DNA of 64,000 nucleotides from contig CAWFAK010000007.1 of NCBI GenBank assembly GCA_963813715.1, positions 192,001-256,000 of the forward strand. The letters are read 5' to 3'. This DNA is from an uncultured Planctomycetaceae bacterium. GTDB taxonomy: Bacteria > Planctomycetota > Planctomycetia > Planctomycetales > Planctomycetaceae. Made by a program: the position numbers and the translations under genes. Below, piece by piece: positions 54,834 through 64,000 of this stretch. The first letter of the stretch is position 1. Each line of letters begins with the position of its first letter. The notes under the pieces were generated by a model. It searched no databases. It saw nothing but the letters and a program-made list of their open reading frames with translations, and had not been told where the DNA came from.

Positions 54834-55478
54834 GTGAACGCCAAAGGCACCCGCGTGCTGATCATCGACGATGATCCGCTGATTCGCACGCTGCTGGTCT
54901 CCGCCCTGCGGAAGGATTGCCTGGTCGCAGTTGCCGCCGAAGGCTCCGAGGGTTTTGCCAAAGCGCTCGAGCTGAAACCGGACGTCGCGGTGATTGACGT
55001 CAACATGCCGGGCTGGGACGGCCTCAAGACGCTCGAGGCATTTCGCGCTCACCCGGGTCTGCGCGAGATCAAGATCATCATGCTGACGGCCGACTCCAGC
55101 AAGCAGACGGTGATGGCCGCCGTCCGCGCCGGCGCCAACGATTACCTGATCAAGACGAGCTTTTCCAAGGCCGAGTTTTATCGCAAGCTCAATCAGCTCG
55201 TGCCGGGAACGATCCCGCAGTCAGCCGCCGCACCCTCACCGCGTGCCGCCGCAAGCGAGCCGTCATCGACGCGAGACGACGACGCACCGGACAGCGCGGA
55301 CCTCCGGGAGAGCGCCGATTGCGTGGCCACTTCGAGTAACGTCCACAAGCGGCACGCACACGATGCAGTCGCCGCCGCCGCGGACGCGCCTCACTCCGAG
55401 GCGGCCCTCGATCGCACGACGTCGGGCCACTCGGACATCGACCCGCGTTTGCAGGTGATGATCGACGGCTGGGACTAA
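54834..55478 (+). CDS. Response regulator receiver protein without recognisable output domain
   Basis: VLIIDDD, IDVNMPGWDG, MLTA, DYLIK, then a low-complexity tail. Confidence 0.88.
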   Translation: MNAKGTRVLIIDDDPLIRTLLVSALRKDCLVAVAAEGSEGFAKALELKPDVAVIDVNMPGWDGLKTLEAFRAHPGLREIKIIMLTADSSKQTVMAAVRAGANDYLIKTSFSKAEFYRKLNQLVPGTIPQSAAAPSPRAAASEPSSTRDDDAPDSADLRESADCVATSSNVHKRHAHDAVAAAADAPHSEAALDRTTSGHSDIDPRLQVMIDGWD

Positions 55479-55949
55479 ATCGCGCCGACCGCGACGATCA
55501 TTCATTTCGCGTGATCGCGATCTCTCCGCATCGATCAACGCGCCTCGCGTTCGGGCGATTGTTTGCGCCGTTGATTATTTGCGCCGGTCGCGTCTGGGCC
55601 AGCGCTTGTCGCGCTGAACTCTGTCTCCGCGCGTCGCGAGGCGGTTCACGGCTTTGTGTGATTTCCTACATCGCGTTTGCCGCACGGTTGACGCGCCGCA
55701 CGCGATCGTTTCTGCTGGGTCTTGGCCCCTGGAAATTTCATCCATTTGGGGCTTTCCACGTTCTGCAAAATGTGCTTACAATCGACAGCGTACTCGGTGA
55801 AGCGACGCACGCTTCGCACACATGCGTTGATGAATCGGGGGACGGGCCGGGCAGCGGTCTCGAGAAGATTTCGGTTCCGCAAACGTCGATCGGCGAATCG
55901 GTGAGGCAGAAAGTCCTGCACTCTCCAACTCGGGAAGGATTCGAATCTC

Positions 55950-56249
55950 ATGTTGCACTTTACGTGCGATCTGTGCGGACGAGAGCTGGGTGACGAGAGG
56001 TTCGTCGTCAAGGTTGAAGTCTATCCCGGCTTCGATCCCGAAGAGGTCGACGAAGAACATCTCGATGCCGATCACCTGCAGGCCATCTCCGAGGCCCTGC
56101 AGGAAGTCGAAGAAACCGGCAAGATGGAACTGGAAGACTGCGGCACGAAAGATTTTCGCTACGACTTGTGCCCCCGCTGCCATAAGAAGTTCCTTAAGGA
56201 TCCGCTCGGCCGCGACGCACTGCGTCGGCTGAACTTCAGCGAGAACTAA
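55950..56249 (+). CDS. Small acidic zinc-binding protein
   Basis: CDLC ... CPRC pair; RBS GGAAGG. Confidence 0.8.
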   Translation: MLHFTCDLCGRELGDERFVVKVEVYPGFDPEEVDEEHLDADHLQAISEALQEVEETGKMELEDCGTKDFRYDLCPRCHKKFLKDPLGRDALRRLNFSEN

Positions 56250-56435
56250 GCGCTCCGCCGAGAGGCCTTTCGCTCGGGCACCATGCCCGAACGGTCAGTC
56301 CTGAGCGCAGGCGAGCCCCGGCTGAGTTTCGGAAATCTCCGGCCCTGTATTCGCAGTCTCCGCCAAGGCACTTGCCGAGACGGCGTCATGATCGCTCGCG
56401 GCCGCCACACCGCTCCTGCCGCCGCCCCATCCGTA

Positions 56436-56973
56436 GTGGGGCCGCTGCGCCGCCTGCCGATTCGCTTTCCGACCCGGAGCGTTTGGGCGCTCGATTATTC
56501 TGTGCCTGCTCGTCGCGGGTCGGTTTTGGCAGCACTCCGCGCTGCCGTCGGCCAACTTTCGCTTCGAGCCGGGGGTTCCCCGACACGTCGAGCGGGTGAT
56601 CGACGGCGACACCATCGTGGTCGACGGCCACGTGCGAGTGAGGCTGATCGGCGTCGACACTCCCGAGACCCTGCATCCGCAAAAGCCGGTCGAGCCGCTC
56701 GGTCCGGAGGCGACCGCCTTCACGCGGAGCCTTGTCGAGGACCGCAACGTCGAGCTGCAGTTCGACCGCGAGCGCCGCGATCGCTACGGTCGCGTGTTGG
56801 CCTATGTCTACGTCGACGGCCGGCTGCTAAACGAAGAGATCATCCGCGCCGGTTTCTCCCGGGCGGAGACCCGCTACAAATTCGAGCGCGCGATGGCGCT
56901 GCGGTTTCAGGAGGCGGAGAACGAAGCCCGCGAGGCCGGCCGGGGCATCTGGGGTCCGCTCACCGCTCGGTAA
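56436..56973 (+). CDS. Thermonuclease (SNase-like); start uncertain, probable frameshift near 56493
   Basis: VIDGDT, VRLIGVDTPE, DRYGRVLAYV, EAREAGRGIW; hydrophobic IILCLLVAG upstream in frame. Confidence 0.88.
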
Positions 56974-57068
56974 TCTCGCGGCCCGAGGTCCCCGCGGTTT
57001 GTCGGGTCGCGGCCGATTTGGTACTTTCGCCAATCGACGAACGCCACCAGGGACGTGGCGAGCTGTGA

Positions 57069-57437
<369 letters not shown>

Positions 57438-57488
57438 CTCCGCTGTCTACGTCCCTCCCGCCTTTTCCTCCTCGCGCGAGAATTCACG

Positions 57489-58529
57489 ATGTCCGCTCAA
57501 CGGAACACTCTCCGCCGACTGCTCGTTGCCAGCCTGGTTTCCGTCGCGCTGGTCACCGCACTGGTGGCGGCCCGGAACAGCGAAGAACCCTCGTCCGGAC
57601 CACAGATGGCAGCCGCGGCCAACGCGTTCCTGCAAAAGCTTTCGCCCGAGCAGCGAACGCAGGCGACGTTTCGCTACGACGATCCCGAGCGGCTCAACTG
57701 GCACTACATTCCCAAGCCGCGGAAAGGAATTCCGCTCAAGGCCCTCGATCCGTCGTCACGCACCTCGGCACGCGCGTTCATCGCCACGGGCCTGTCGAAG
57801 GCCGGCTACGAGCAGGCCGTCAACGTGATGAGCCTGGACGACGTCTTGTATCTGCTGGAGACCGACGACTGGACGGCCCGCCGCGAGCGTCGCGATCCGC
57901 TCAATTACTATGTCAGCATTTTCGGAACGCCCGGGGAGCGGGGCGAGTGGGGCTGGCGGCTCGAGGGGCATCACCTCTCGCTCAATTTCAGCGTGCGGGA
58001 CGGACGCGTCGTCGCGAGCACACCCGAGTTCTTTGGAGCCAATCCGGCTCAACTCGACGCGGGTCCGGGTCGTACCCTACGCCCGTTAGGTTCGCTGGAG
58101 GACATCGCTCGGGAAATCGTGCGGACGGCCACCCCGGAGCAAATGAAAACCATCCTGATCGACAAGAAAGCTCCCAACGACGTTTGGAGCACCAACAAGC
58201 TGCAACCGGTTCTCACGCCGGAGGTCGGGCTGCCGGCCGCCGAAATGTCGAAGGACCAGCAGGAACTGTTGCGGCACTTGCTCGCCGAGTATCTCAAGGT
58301 GTGCCCGACCGACATTCGCGCAGAGCGCCAGTCGCAGCTCGAAGCGGCGGGCTTCGACAAGATTCGGCTGGCCTGGTGGGGCAGCCTCGAACGCAACGCC
58401 AAGCACGCGTATCGCCTGCAAGGACCGACATTTCTCGTCGAGTACAACAACACGCAGAACAACGCCAATCACGTGCACAGCGTGTGGCGCAGCACGGCCG
58501 GCGATCTCAACCAGGCCCCCGCGAACTGA
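57489..58529 (+). CDS. DUF3500 secreted protein
   Basis: Signal peptide, WHYIP, WGWRLEGHHLSLN, TPEFFGANP, NHVHSVWR. Confidence 0.9.
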   Translation: MSAQRNTLRRLLVASLVSVALVTALVAARNSEEPSSGPQMAAAANAFLQKLSPEQRTQATFRYDDPERLNWHYIPKPRKGIPLKALDPSSRTSARAFIATGLSKAGYEQAVNVMSLDDVLYLLETDDWTARRERRDPLNYYVSIFGTPGERGEWGWRLEGHHLSLNFSVRDGRVVASTPEFFGANPAQLDAGPGRTLRPLGSLEDIAREIVRTATPEQMKTILIDKKAPNDVWSTNKLQPVLTPEVGLPAAEMSKDQQELLRHLLAEYLKVCPTDIRAERQSQLEAAGFDKIRLAWWGSLERNAKHAYRLQGPTFLVEYNNTQNNANHVHSVWRSTAGDLNQAPAN

Positions 58530-58764
58530 TCGCCACTGCTAATGAGCGACGTACTGCCTTCGCGCGCTCTCCTTTGCATGCCCGCGCACGTGGCCGCACT
58601 CGACGATCGCGCAAACATTGTCGAACGACTTTGTCGCACACGCTAACGTTCTTCGACGAGTCGCATACTACGCCTGACGTGCTCTGTGCGCGTCGTGGTT
58701 GATCATCCGCTCGCGGCAAGCGAAATCACGTTTGTTCAGGAATTCGCCACTATGGCGTAATTTC

Positions 58765-58780
58765 GGGCTCGCGATTTGCT
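58765..58780 (+). promoter_or_regulatory. Possible sigma-54 -24/-12 promoter
   Basis: GGCTCG-CGAT-TTGCT has the GG-N10-GC spacing and resembles GGCACG-N4-TTGC. Confidence 0.35.
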
Positions 58781-58899
58781 TCGTACACCACTGCCGGCCG
58801 ACGTGCTCAACTGATCCAAGTTGGATCGGACGAGTTTGACGTAGGGGCGGGCCGGCAGTGAGTGTAGTAACTATTCCTGTTCGACAGGTGGGTGATCCC

Positions 58900-59337
58900 A
58901 TGTCCGAACCAGACGACGTCCAATTACTGATTCAATTGCTCGATCCCCGGCTCGCCAACGACCAAACCGATTTGTATCGGCGCGCCCTCGAGCAGTTTGA
59001 CCGTGTGATCCTCAAACGCGCCTTGGATCGGTGCGAGGGCAACTTGACCCGCGCCGCGGCGCTCTTGGGTCTGTCGCGCGTGACGTTGCGGTCCAAGCTG
59101 CGATCGCTGGGCATTGCCGGCAGGGGGAATTCCGTCGAGGCGGGGACAAACGATCCGAGCCATCCTCATGCAGAACATCCGCCGCAAACTTCGCCTCATT
59201 TTCCGGCGGCGCCCAACAGTCCCAGCGAGGTTGGACAAGAGCTGACCAGGCAGGACCGCCCGGGAGCGGGATTTTCCGAGCCCCGCATGAACGATACGGT
59301 CCGCCGCGAAGCCGCCGGCTTTCACAACCTGAAATAG
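58900..59337 (+). CDS. Stand-alone Fis-type HTH protein
   Basis: ALDRCEGNLTRAAALLGLSRVTLRSKLR. Confidence 0.8.
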   Translation: MSEPDDVQLLIQLLDPRLANDQTDLYRRALEQFDRVILKRALDRCEGNLTRAAALLGLSRVTLRSKLRSLGIAGRGNSVEAGTNDPSHPHAEHPPQTSPHFPAAPNSPSEVGQELTRQDRPGAGFSEPRMNDTVRREAAGFHNLK

Positions 59338-59447
59338 CCATTCAGGTTGCGTCCCCAGCCGCGCGAGCGCTTGAGCCGCTGGAACGGCAGTTGCGTCACC
59401 GTAGTGCGTTCTTTCCACGCACCGGTTATTGGGAGGCACCGCCTGCC

Positions 59448-59741
59448 ATGAGACGCAAACATTTCAGCACGTTCGTCTTCGTGCTACTCGTTGGACTGAT
59501 CGTCGCCGTGGGGTTCAGCCGCGGCTGGTTCACGGTCACCAGCAGCGAAGACTCAGCGGCCAACGAAGTTCACGTGAACCTCACGCTCGACCGCGGCAAG
59601 TTCCAGAAGGATGCCGAGCGGGCCGTCGAGGAAACTCGCAACAAGGCGTCGCACCTTTCGAGCGCGACCAAGCCGGGGGATTCGCCGTCGAACGATCGGA
59701 CAGAGACGCAGCCACCCAGCAATGTCCCCGACCATCTGTGA
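59448..59741 (+). CDS. Small membrane-anchored hypothetical protein
   Basis: GGAGG RBS, TM helix followed by RGWF, short helical tail. Confidence 0.75.
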   Translation: MRRKHFSTFVFVLLVGLIVAVGFSRGWFTVTSSEDSAANEVHVNLTLDRGKFQKDAERAVEETRNKASHLSSATKPGDSPSNDRTETQPPSNVPDHL

Positions 59742-60131
59742 GCAAGCGGGCGGCGCTCCGTCCTTGGGCGAATTTCGGGTCGACTGAAGAAAATCTCGGT
59801 CGACTATGAAAACTTTTCCATTCGAATTGGAAATCCTCCTCATTAGACAAAGAGGTCAAGGACCTGGCTTAGAGAAGTTGGGCGCGGCACGGCCCTCTCG
59901 CAAAGTCTCCGCCGCCCGCAGCGAAAGTTCGTCTCATCCTCGCGGAAACGAACGATTTCAGACGCGTGGCGCGCGAGCCTTTTGTGGAGATGGTCGGCCG
60001 AAGAAACGATACCCGTCACGGTACGCTTGCCAGAAAAACCGGGAACGGCACACAACGCGCATGGAATCAGCTACCACCGATGATCCACGACGGAGAAACC
60101 AGGGACGAACCCCTGCATCGGGAACGACGAC

Positions 60132-61652
60132 ATGAGCGTACGTCAAGGCGATCAAGGACCGGCGGCCTACAAGGCGGAAGAGATGATCTTCCGTCCCTCC
60201 CCGACGACCACGGTCGGCGCGAAGCTCGAGTTGATGCTGCTCGATCCCGATTCGGGCGACTTGGCGCCCGGCGCGATCCGCTTGCTCAAAGCCTGCGCGG
60301 ATGAAGCGATCGACGGCGTCTCCGCCGAGTTGATGCAGTCGATGATCGAGCTGAAGACGGGCGTCTGCCAGAACGTTGCGGAAGTGCGCGAGCAGCTCGT
60401 GCCTCGTTTGCGGAGGGTGCGCAACATCGCCCGCTCGATGGGTTATCAACTGGCGATGTCGGGCACGCATCCGTTTCACCGCCCTTCCAACAGCGCGGTC
60501 TCCCCCTCCGAGCGCTATGACCGCCTGGTCGATCGTCTCGCGTACTTGATCCATCAACGGGTGGTGTTCGGGCTGCACATCCACGTCGGCCTGCCGGACG
60601 GCGACATGGCGCTGGGCGTGATGAATCAACTCGTGCGGTATCTGCCGCACTTGTTGGCGGTCTCGGCCAGTTCCCCCTTCTGGCAAGGGATCGACACGGG
60701 GCTGGCTTCGTGCCGCACGGCGCTTTACCGCACGTTGCCGCATGCCGGCGTCCCCCGCTATTTTCCCCGGTGGAAGAATTTCCGCTCGTATTTTCGCGTG
60801 ATGCGCGAGTGCGGCGCCATTCAGTCGATGAAAGACATCTACTGGGACATTCGCCCGCGCCCCGAGTTCGGCACGATCGAGTTGCGCGTCTGCGACATGC
60901 CCGCGACGCTGGAAACGACGTTCGCCCTGGTGGCGCTCGTCCGCTCGCTGGCGATCGCCAGTCAGCGGCTGCTCGAGGAACGTCCACAATTACGGAAGGG
61001 CGACATCCGCCGGCATTGGATCGCCGTCGAGAACAAATGGCTCGCCACGCGCTACGGGCTGGATGCGATCTATATCCGCACGCCTGCCGGCAAACGTCGC
61101 CCATTGCGGCAGGATCTGCAGGAATTGCTCAGCCGCTTGATGCCCATCGCCGCCGAAACGGGAGACGACGTGTACCTGTCGACTCTGCTGCCGCTCGACA
61201 AATTCGAGTCGAACGCCGACCGGCAGCGTCGCCTATATCGCGAGTCGGGCAAGGCGCGGCCGCTGGTCGACGATATGATCGCACGCTTGGCGTCGGAATT
61301 GGACGAAGTCCCTGCGAACGCGACTGGCTCTTCCGGTGGGGCCAGCAGCGGCGCGAATGGAGCCGCTTTGGCCGATAGCCCGGACGCGAGTCCGTTGGAT
61401 CGACCGCAGGGCATCACCCCGCCCAAACCGGGCGGGCCCAATGTCGACCGAACGAACGTCGATCAGCGACCTGCCGAACGAATCACCATCGATCAGCCCG
61501 CCGCGACGCCTCGCGCGTCGTCCCCTCCGACGGCGGGCACACTCAACCGCTCCGCGGCTCTGGATTTGCCGGGGAGCGTTTTGTTCCGGTCGCCAGCAGC
61601 CAATACGGGGCCCGCGGCGGATCGGCAGCTGGCTTTGGCCGTAAGAGGATAA
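60132..61652 (+). CDS. Carboxylate-amine ligase, YbdK/GCS2 family, with low-complexity C-terminal extension
   Basis: SGTHPF, FGLHIHVG, SASSPFWQG.DTGLAS.R, YWDIRPRPEFGTIELRVCD. Confidence 0.9.
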   Translation: MSVRQGDQGPAAYKAEEMIFRPSPTTTVGAKLELMLLDPDSGDLAPGAIRLLKACADEAIDGVSAELMQSMIELKTGVCQNVAEVREQLVPRLRRVRNIARSMGYQLAMSGTHPFHRPSNSAVSPSERYDRLVDRLAYLIHQRVVFGLHIHVGLPDGDMALGVMNQLVRYLPHLLAVSASSPFWQGIDTGLASCRTALYRTLPHAGVPRYFPRWKNFRSYFRVMRECGAIQSMKDIYWDIRPRPEFGTIELRVCDMPATLETTFALVALVRSLAIASQRLLEERPQLRKGDIRRHWIAVENKWLATRYGLDAIYIRTPAGKRRPLRQDLQELLSRLMPIAAETGDDVYLSTLLPLDKFESNADRQRRLYRESGKARPLVDDMIARLASELDEVPANATGSSGGASSGANGAALADSPDASPLDRPQGITPPKPGGPNVDRTNVDQRPAERITIDQPAATPRASSPPTAGTLNRSAALDLPGSVLFRSPAANTGPAADRQLALAVRG

Positions 61653-61655
61653 ACG

Positions 61656-62336
61656 ATGCCTGCGATTGAACCGTTTGCGGTTTTCGACTGCACACTGGCC
61701 CGCCTGCCGATCGGGCGCAGTTGTTCGAACATGCGCGAGCTGCTCGAGGCCATCCGGGCCGTTCCGGACATGGTGATCGAGCATCACATGACCCGGTGTG
61801 CTCTGGAAGATCACTTCGATCTCTACGAGTTCCCCAACGACCTGGCCCGCTGGTGCTGGGACATGCTGGCCGACCACGTGCTGGCCGAGAAGCTGGGGCT
61901 CGTCGATCCGTTCTCGCACCCGTCGATCGATTCGTTGCGGGCCGAACTGGTGAACCTGGTCGAGGAGCGGGTGTGGGAGCTCGATCGCATGCCGACCTGC
62001 CAGCCCGGGCTCGAACTGCATTTCGTCGGCTCGCGGCTCATTGCCTACGACACGGGCGAGCGGCTGCCGACGCCGGCGTCGCTGTTTGAGACGTTGCCGC
62101 GGCTATCGCTGCGGTCGTTCTTCTATCACGTGCACAACGCGCGGCGCCGCACCGGCGGCCGCACCGACGATTTTTCGAACTGGCTCGAAGCTTACGGAGC
62201 CGATCCGGCACTTGTCGCTCGGCTGCGGGGCATCGACGTCTATTTTCTCAACCTCAACCAGCTTCGGGACCAGATGGTGGAGGCGTTTCAGGAGCACACG
62301 CCCAACGCGGAGGTCATGCTCAAGGCGTCCGCCTGA
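61656..62336 (+). CDS. DUF5752-like protein
   Basis: Two internally similar halves (HH...FPNDLARW and FYH...DDFSNW), directly before a TreT-like gene. Confidence 0.75.
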   Translation: MPAIEPFAVFDCTLARLPIGRSCSNMRELLEAIRAVPDMVIEHHMTRCALEDHFDLYEFPNDLARWCWDMLADHVLAEKLGLVDPFSHPSIDSLRAELVNLVEERVWELDRMPTCQPGLELHFVGSRLIAYDTGERLPTPASLFETLPRLSLRSFFYHVHNARRRTGGRTDDFSNWLEAYGADPALVARLRGIDVYFLNLNQLRDQMVEAFQEHTPNAEVMLKASA

Positions 62337-62386
62337 TGCCAGGCGGGAAGCACCGGCCGACAACAACCTGATGGACTGCGGGAACC

Positions 62387-63616
62387 ATGCAACAACTCGA
62401 TCGCTACGAGGAAGTCGTTGGACACGCGGAAGTGCAACGCCTGCGCAATCTGGCTGCGCGACTGGAGGGACGAAAGATCGTCCACGTCAACTCCACGAAG
62501 GCGGGCGGTGGCGTGGCCGAGATTCTCGGCTGGATGATTCCGCTGATGCGCGAGCTCGGGCTCGACGTCTCCTGGGAAGTGATTTCGGGGCCGCCCGATT
62601 TCTACCGCGTCACCAAAACGCTGCACAACGGACTGCAGGGGCTGCCGGTGTCGTTCCGGCCGCGGGATTTCGATCTGCATCACGACGTCGACAAGCAGAA
62701 CGCCGAAAAACTCAACCTGGCGGCCGACGTCGTCATCGTGCACGACCCGCAGCCGATTTTTCTGCCGGAGTACACACCAAAGGACCAGGTCAAACGCTGG
62801 ATTTGGCGGTGCCACGTCGACGCGTCGCGGCCCAACCGGGTCGTCTGGAAACACCTGGCCGGAGCGATTTCCCGCTATCAGGCGACGATCTTTTCGATGG
62901 CGGCTTTCACGCGGCCTCTCCCCTGCCCGATGTTCCTGATCCCTCCGTCGATCGATCCGCTGTCCGACAAAAACTGCCCGATTTCCGAGACGGAGCGGCT
63001 GGAAACGTTGAATCGACTGGGGATCGACGCGGACCGGCCCTTCTTGCTGCAGGTCTCGCGGTTCGATCGCTTCAAAGATCCGCTTGGCGTGATCGAAGCC
63101 TACCGGATGGTGAAGCCGTATCACCCCGAGATGCAGCTAGTGCTCGCGGGCGGACCGGCCGACGACGATCCCGAAGGGGCCGAGGTACTGCGCGAAGTGA
63201 TGGAGGCGGCCGGCGAAGATAAGGACCTCAAAGTCCTGATGTTGCCCCCCGATTCGCACCGCATGATCAACGCGCTGCAGCGCTCGGCCGTGATCGTTCT
63301 GCAAAAGTCGCTCAAGGAAGGTTTCGGGCTGACCGTGACCGAGGCGCTCTGGAAAGGCAAGCCGGTGATCGGCGGCGCCTGCGGCGGAATTACACTGCAA
63401 GTCCACGACTATCACACGGGCTTTTTGGTCCACTCGCCGGCCGGGGCGGCCTACCGCATTCGCTACCTGCTTCGCTATTCCGACAAGCGGGAACGGATGG
63501 GGCGAACGGGCTTCGAGTTCGTCCGCGAGCACTTCCTCCTCATCCGGCACCTGCGAGATTACTTGTCCACGATGCTCTGTCTCGACTCGCCGGGGGAGAT
63601 GGATTTGGTCGCCTGA
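62387..63616 (+). CDS. treT: GT4 glycosyltransferase, trehalose synthase TreT-like
   Basis: HVNSTKAGGGVAEIL, HDPQP, WRCHVD, VSRFDRFKDPLG, QKSLKEGFGLTVTEALWK. Confidence 0.85.
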   Translation: MQQLDRYEEVVGHAEVQRLRNLAARLEGRKIVHVNSTKAGGGVAEILGWMIPLMRELGLDVSWEVISGPPDFYRVTKTLHNGLQGLPVSFRPRDFDLHHDVDKQNAEKLNLAADVVIVHDPQPIFLPEYTPKDQVKRWIWRCHVDASRPNRVVWKHLAGAISRYQATIFSMAAFTRPLPCPMFLIPPSIDPLSDKNCPISETERLETLNRLGIDADRPFLLQVSRFDRFKDPLGVIEAYRMVKPYHPEMQLVLAGGPADDDPEGAEVLREVMEAAGEDKDLKVLMLPPDSHRMINALQRSAVIVLQKSLKEGFGLTVTEALWKGKPVIGGACGGITLQVHDYHTGFLVHSPAGAAYRIRYLLRYSDKRERMGRTGFEFVREHFLLIRHLRDYLSTMLCLDSPGEMDLVA

Positions 63617-63729
63617 TTGGGCTGACAGAGCAGCGCGGCGCCGGTGAGGGGACAACGGCGAGCGGACAACGGCGAGGGCCGCAACTGCGAAGTCAAAGAA
63701 AGTCCACGGAAGATGTCGGGACGTGATCG

Positions 63730-64000
63730 ATGAGTGAGTTGCTTCTCCGGCATACCGATTCCGAGCAACTGATCGGCAGATCGTGTGGGGCGCTGACCGG
63801 CCCCGGCAATTCAATCTGCTGGCGCGTCTGGGCGCCGAGCGCGAAACAGGTCGAATTGTTCCTGGCCGACGGCACCAGCAGCGAAACGGAATTTCGCCGT
63901 CTGGTCATGGAACCCGCTGCCCGCGGCCACTTCGTCCATTCCGAAGCGGACGTGGCGGAGGGGCGGCGGTACGCCTTCTCCCTCGATGGCGGTCCCCTGC
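63730..64000 (+). CDS. treZ: GH13 N-terminal domain, probably malto-oligosyltrehalose trehalohydrolase (partial)
   Basis: Hand translation MSELLLRH...WRVWAPSAKQVEL...GRRYAFSLDGG, open to the window end. Trehalose gene context. Confidence 0.7.
   Translation, partial: MSELLLRHTDSEQLIGRSCGALTGPGNSICWRVWAPSAKQVELFLADGTSSETEFRRLVMEPAARGHFVHSEADVAEGRRYAFSLDGGPL

Noticed and set aside
60046..60062. Sigma-54 promoter upstream of the YbdK-like gene (GGCACACAACGCGC)
   Set aside because: The spacing fits but the -12 element lacks TTGC; too weak to call.

Overview
High-GC bacterial chromosomal DNA, almost certainly from a Planctomycete, judged by the DUF1592/DUF1552 and DUF1549-DUF1553/DUF1501 gene pairs, DUF3500, PQQ-like propellers and an ECF sigma module. 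Core genes include lysR-gltB-gltD, prlC, cimA-valS, ftsK, phhB and a trehalose-related operon cut by the right edge. Many conserved genes, including valS and ftsK, are split by single-base indels, which are most likely assembly errors. Four signals stand out. (1) A complete 1.4-kb IS110-family (IS1111-type) element at 32426-33826. Its non-coding right end contains readable bridge-RNA guides matching both its insertion site and its own circle junction. An empty copy of the same target lies in a REP-like repeat at 42931. (2) An unannotated Val/Ile-rich leader peptide with terminator and antiterminator upstream of cimA-valS. (3) A ~145-nt structured, switch-like RNA upstream of the pterin-4a-carbinolamine dehydratase gene. 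(4) An IS1595 remnant with a ribbon-helix-helix gene and an AT-richer passenger gene. All family calls come from motif recognition by eye; no database search was run.
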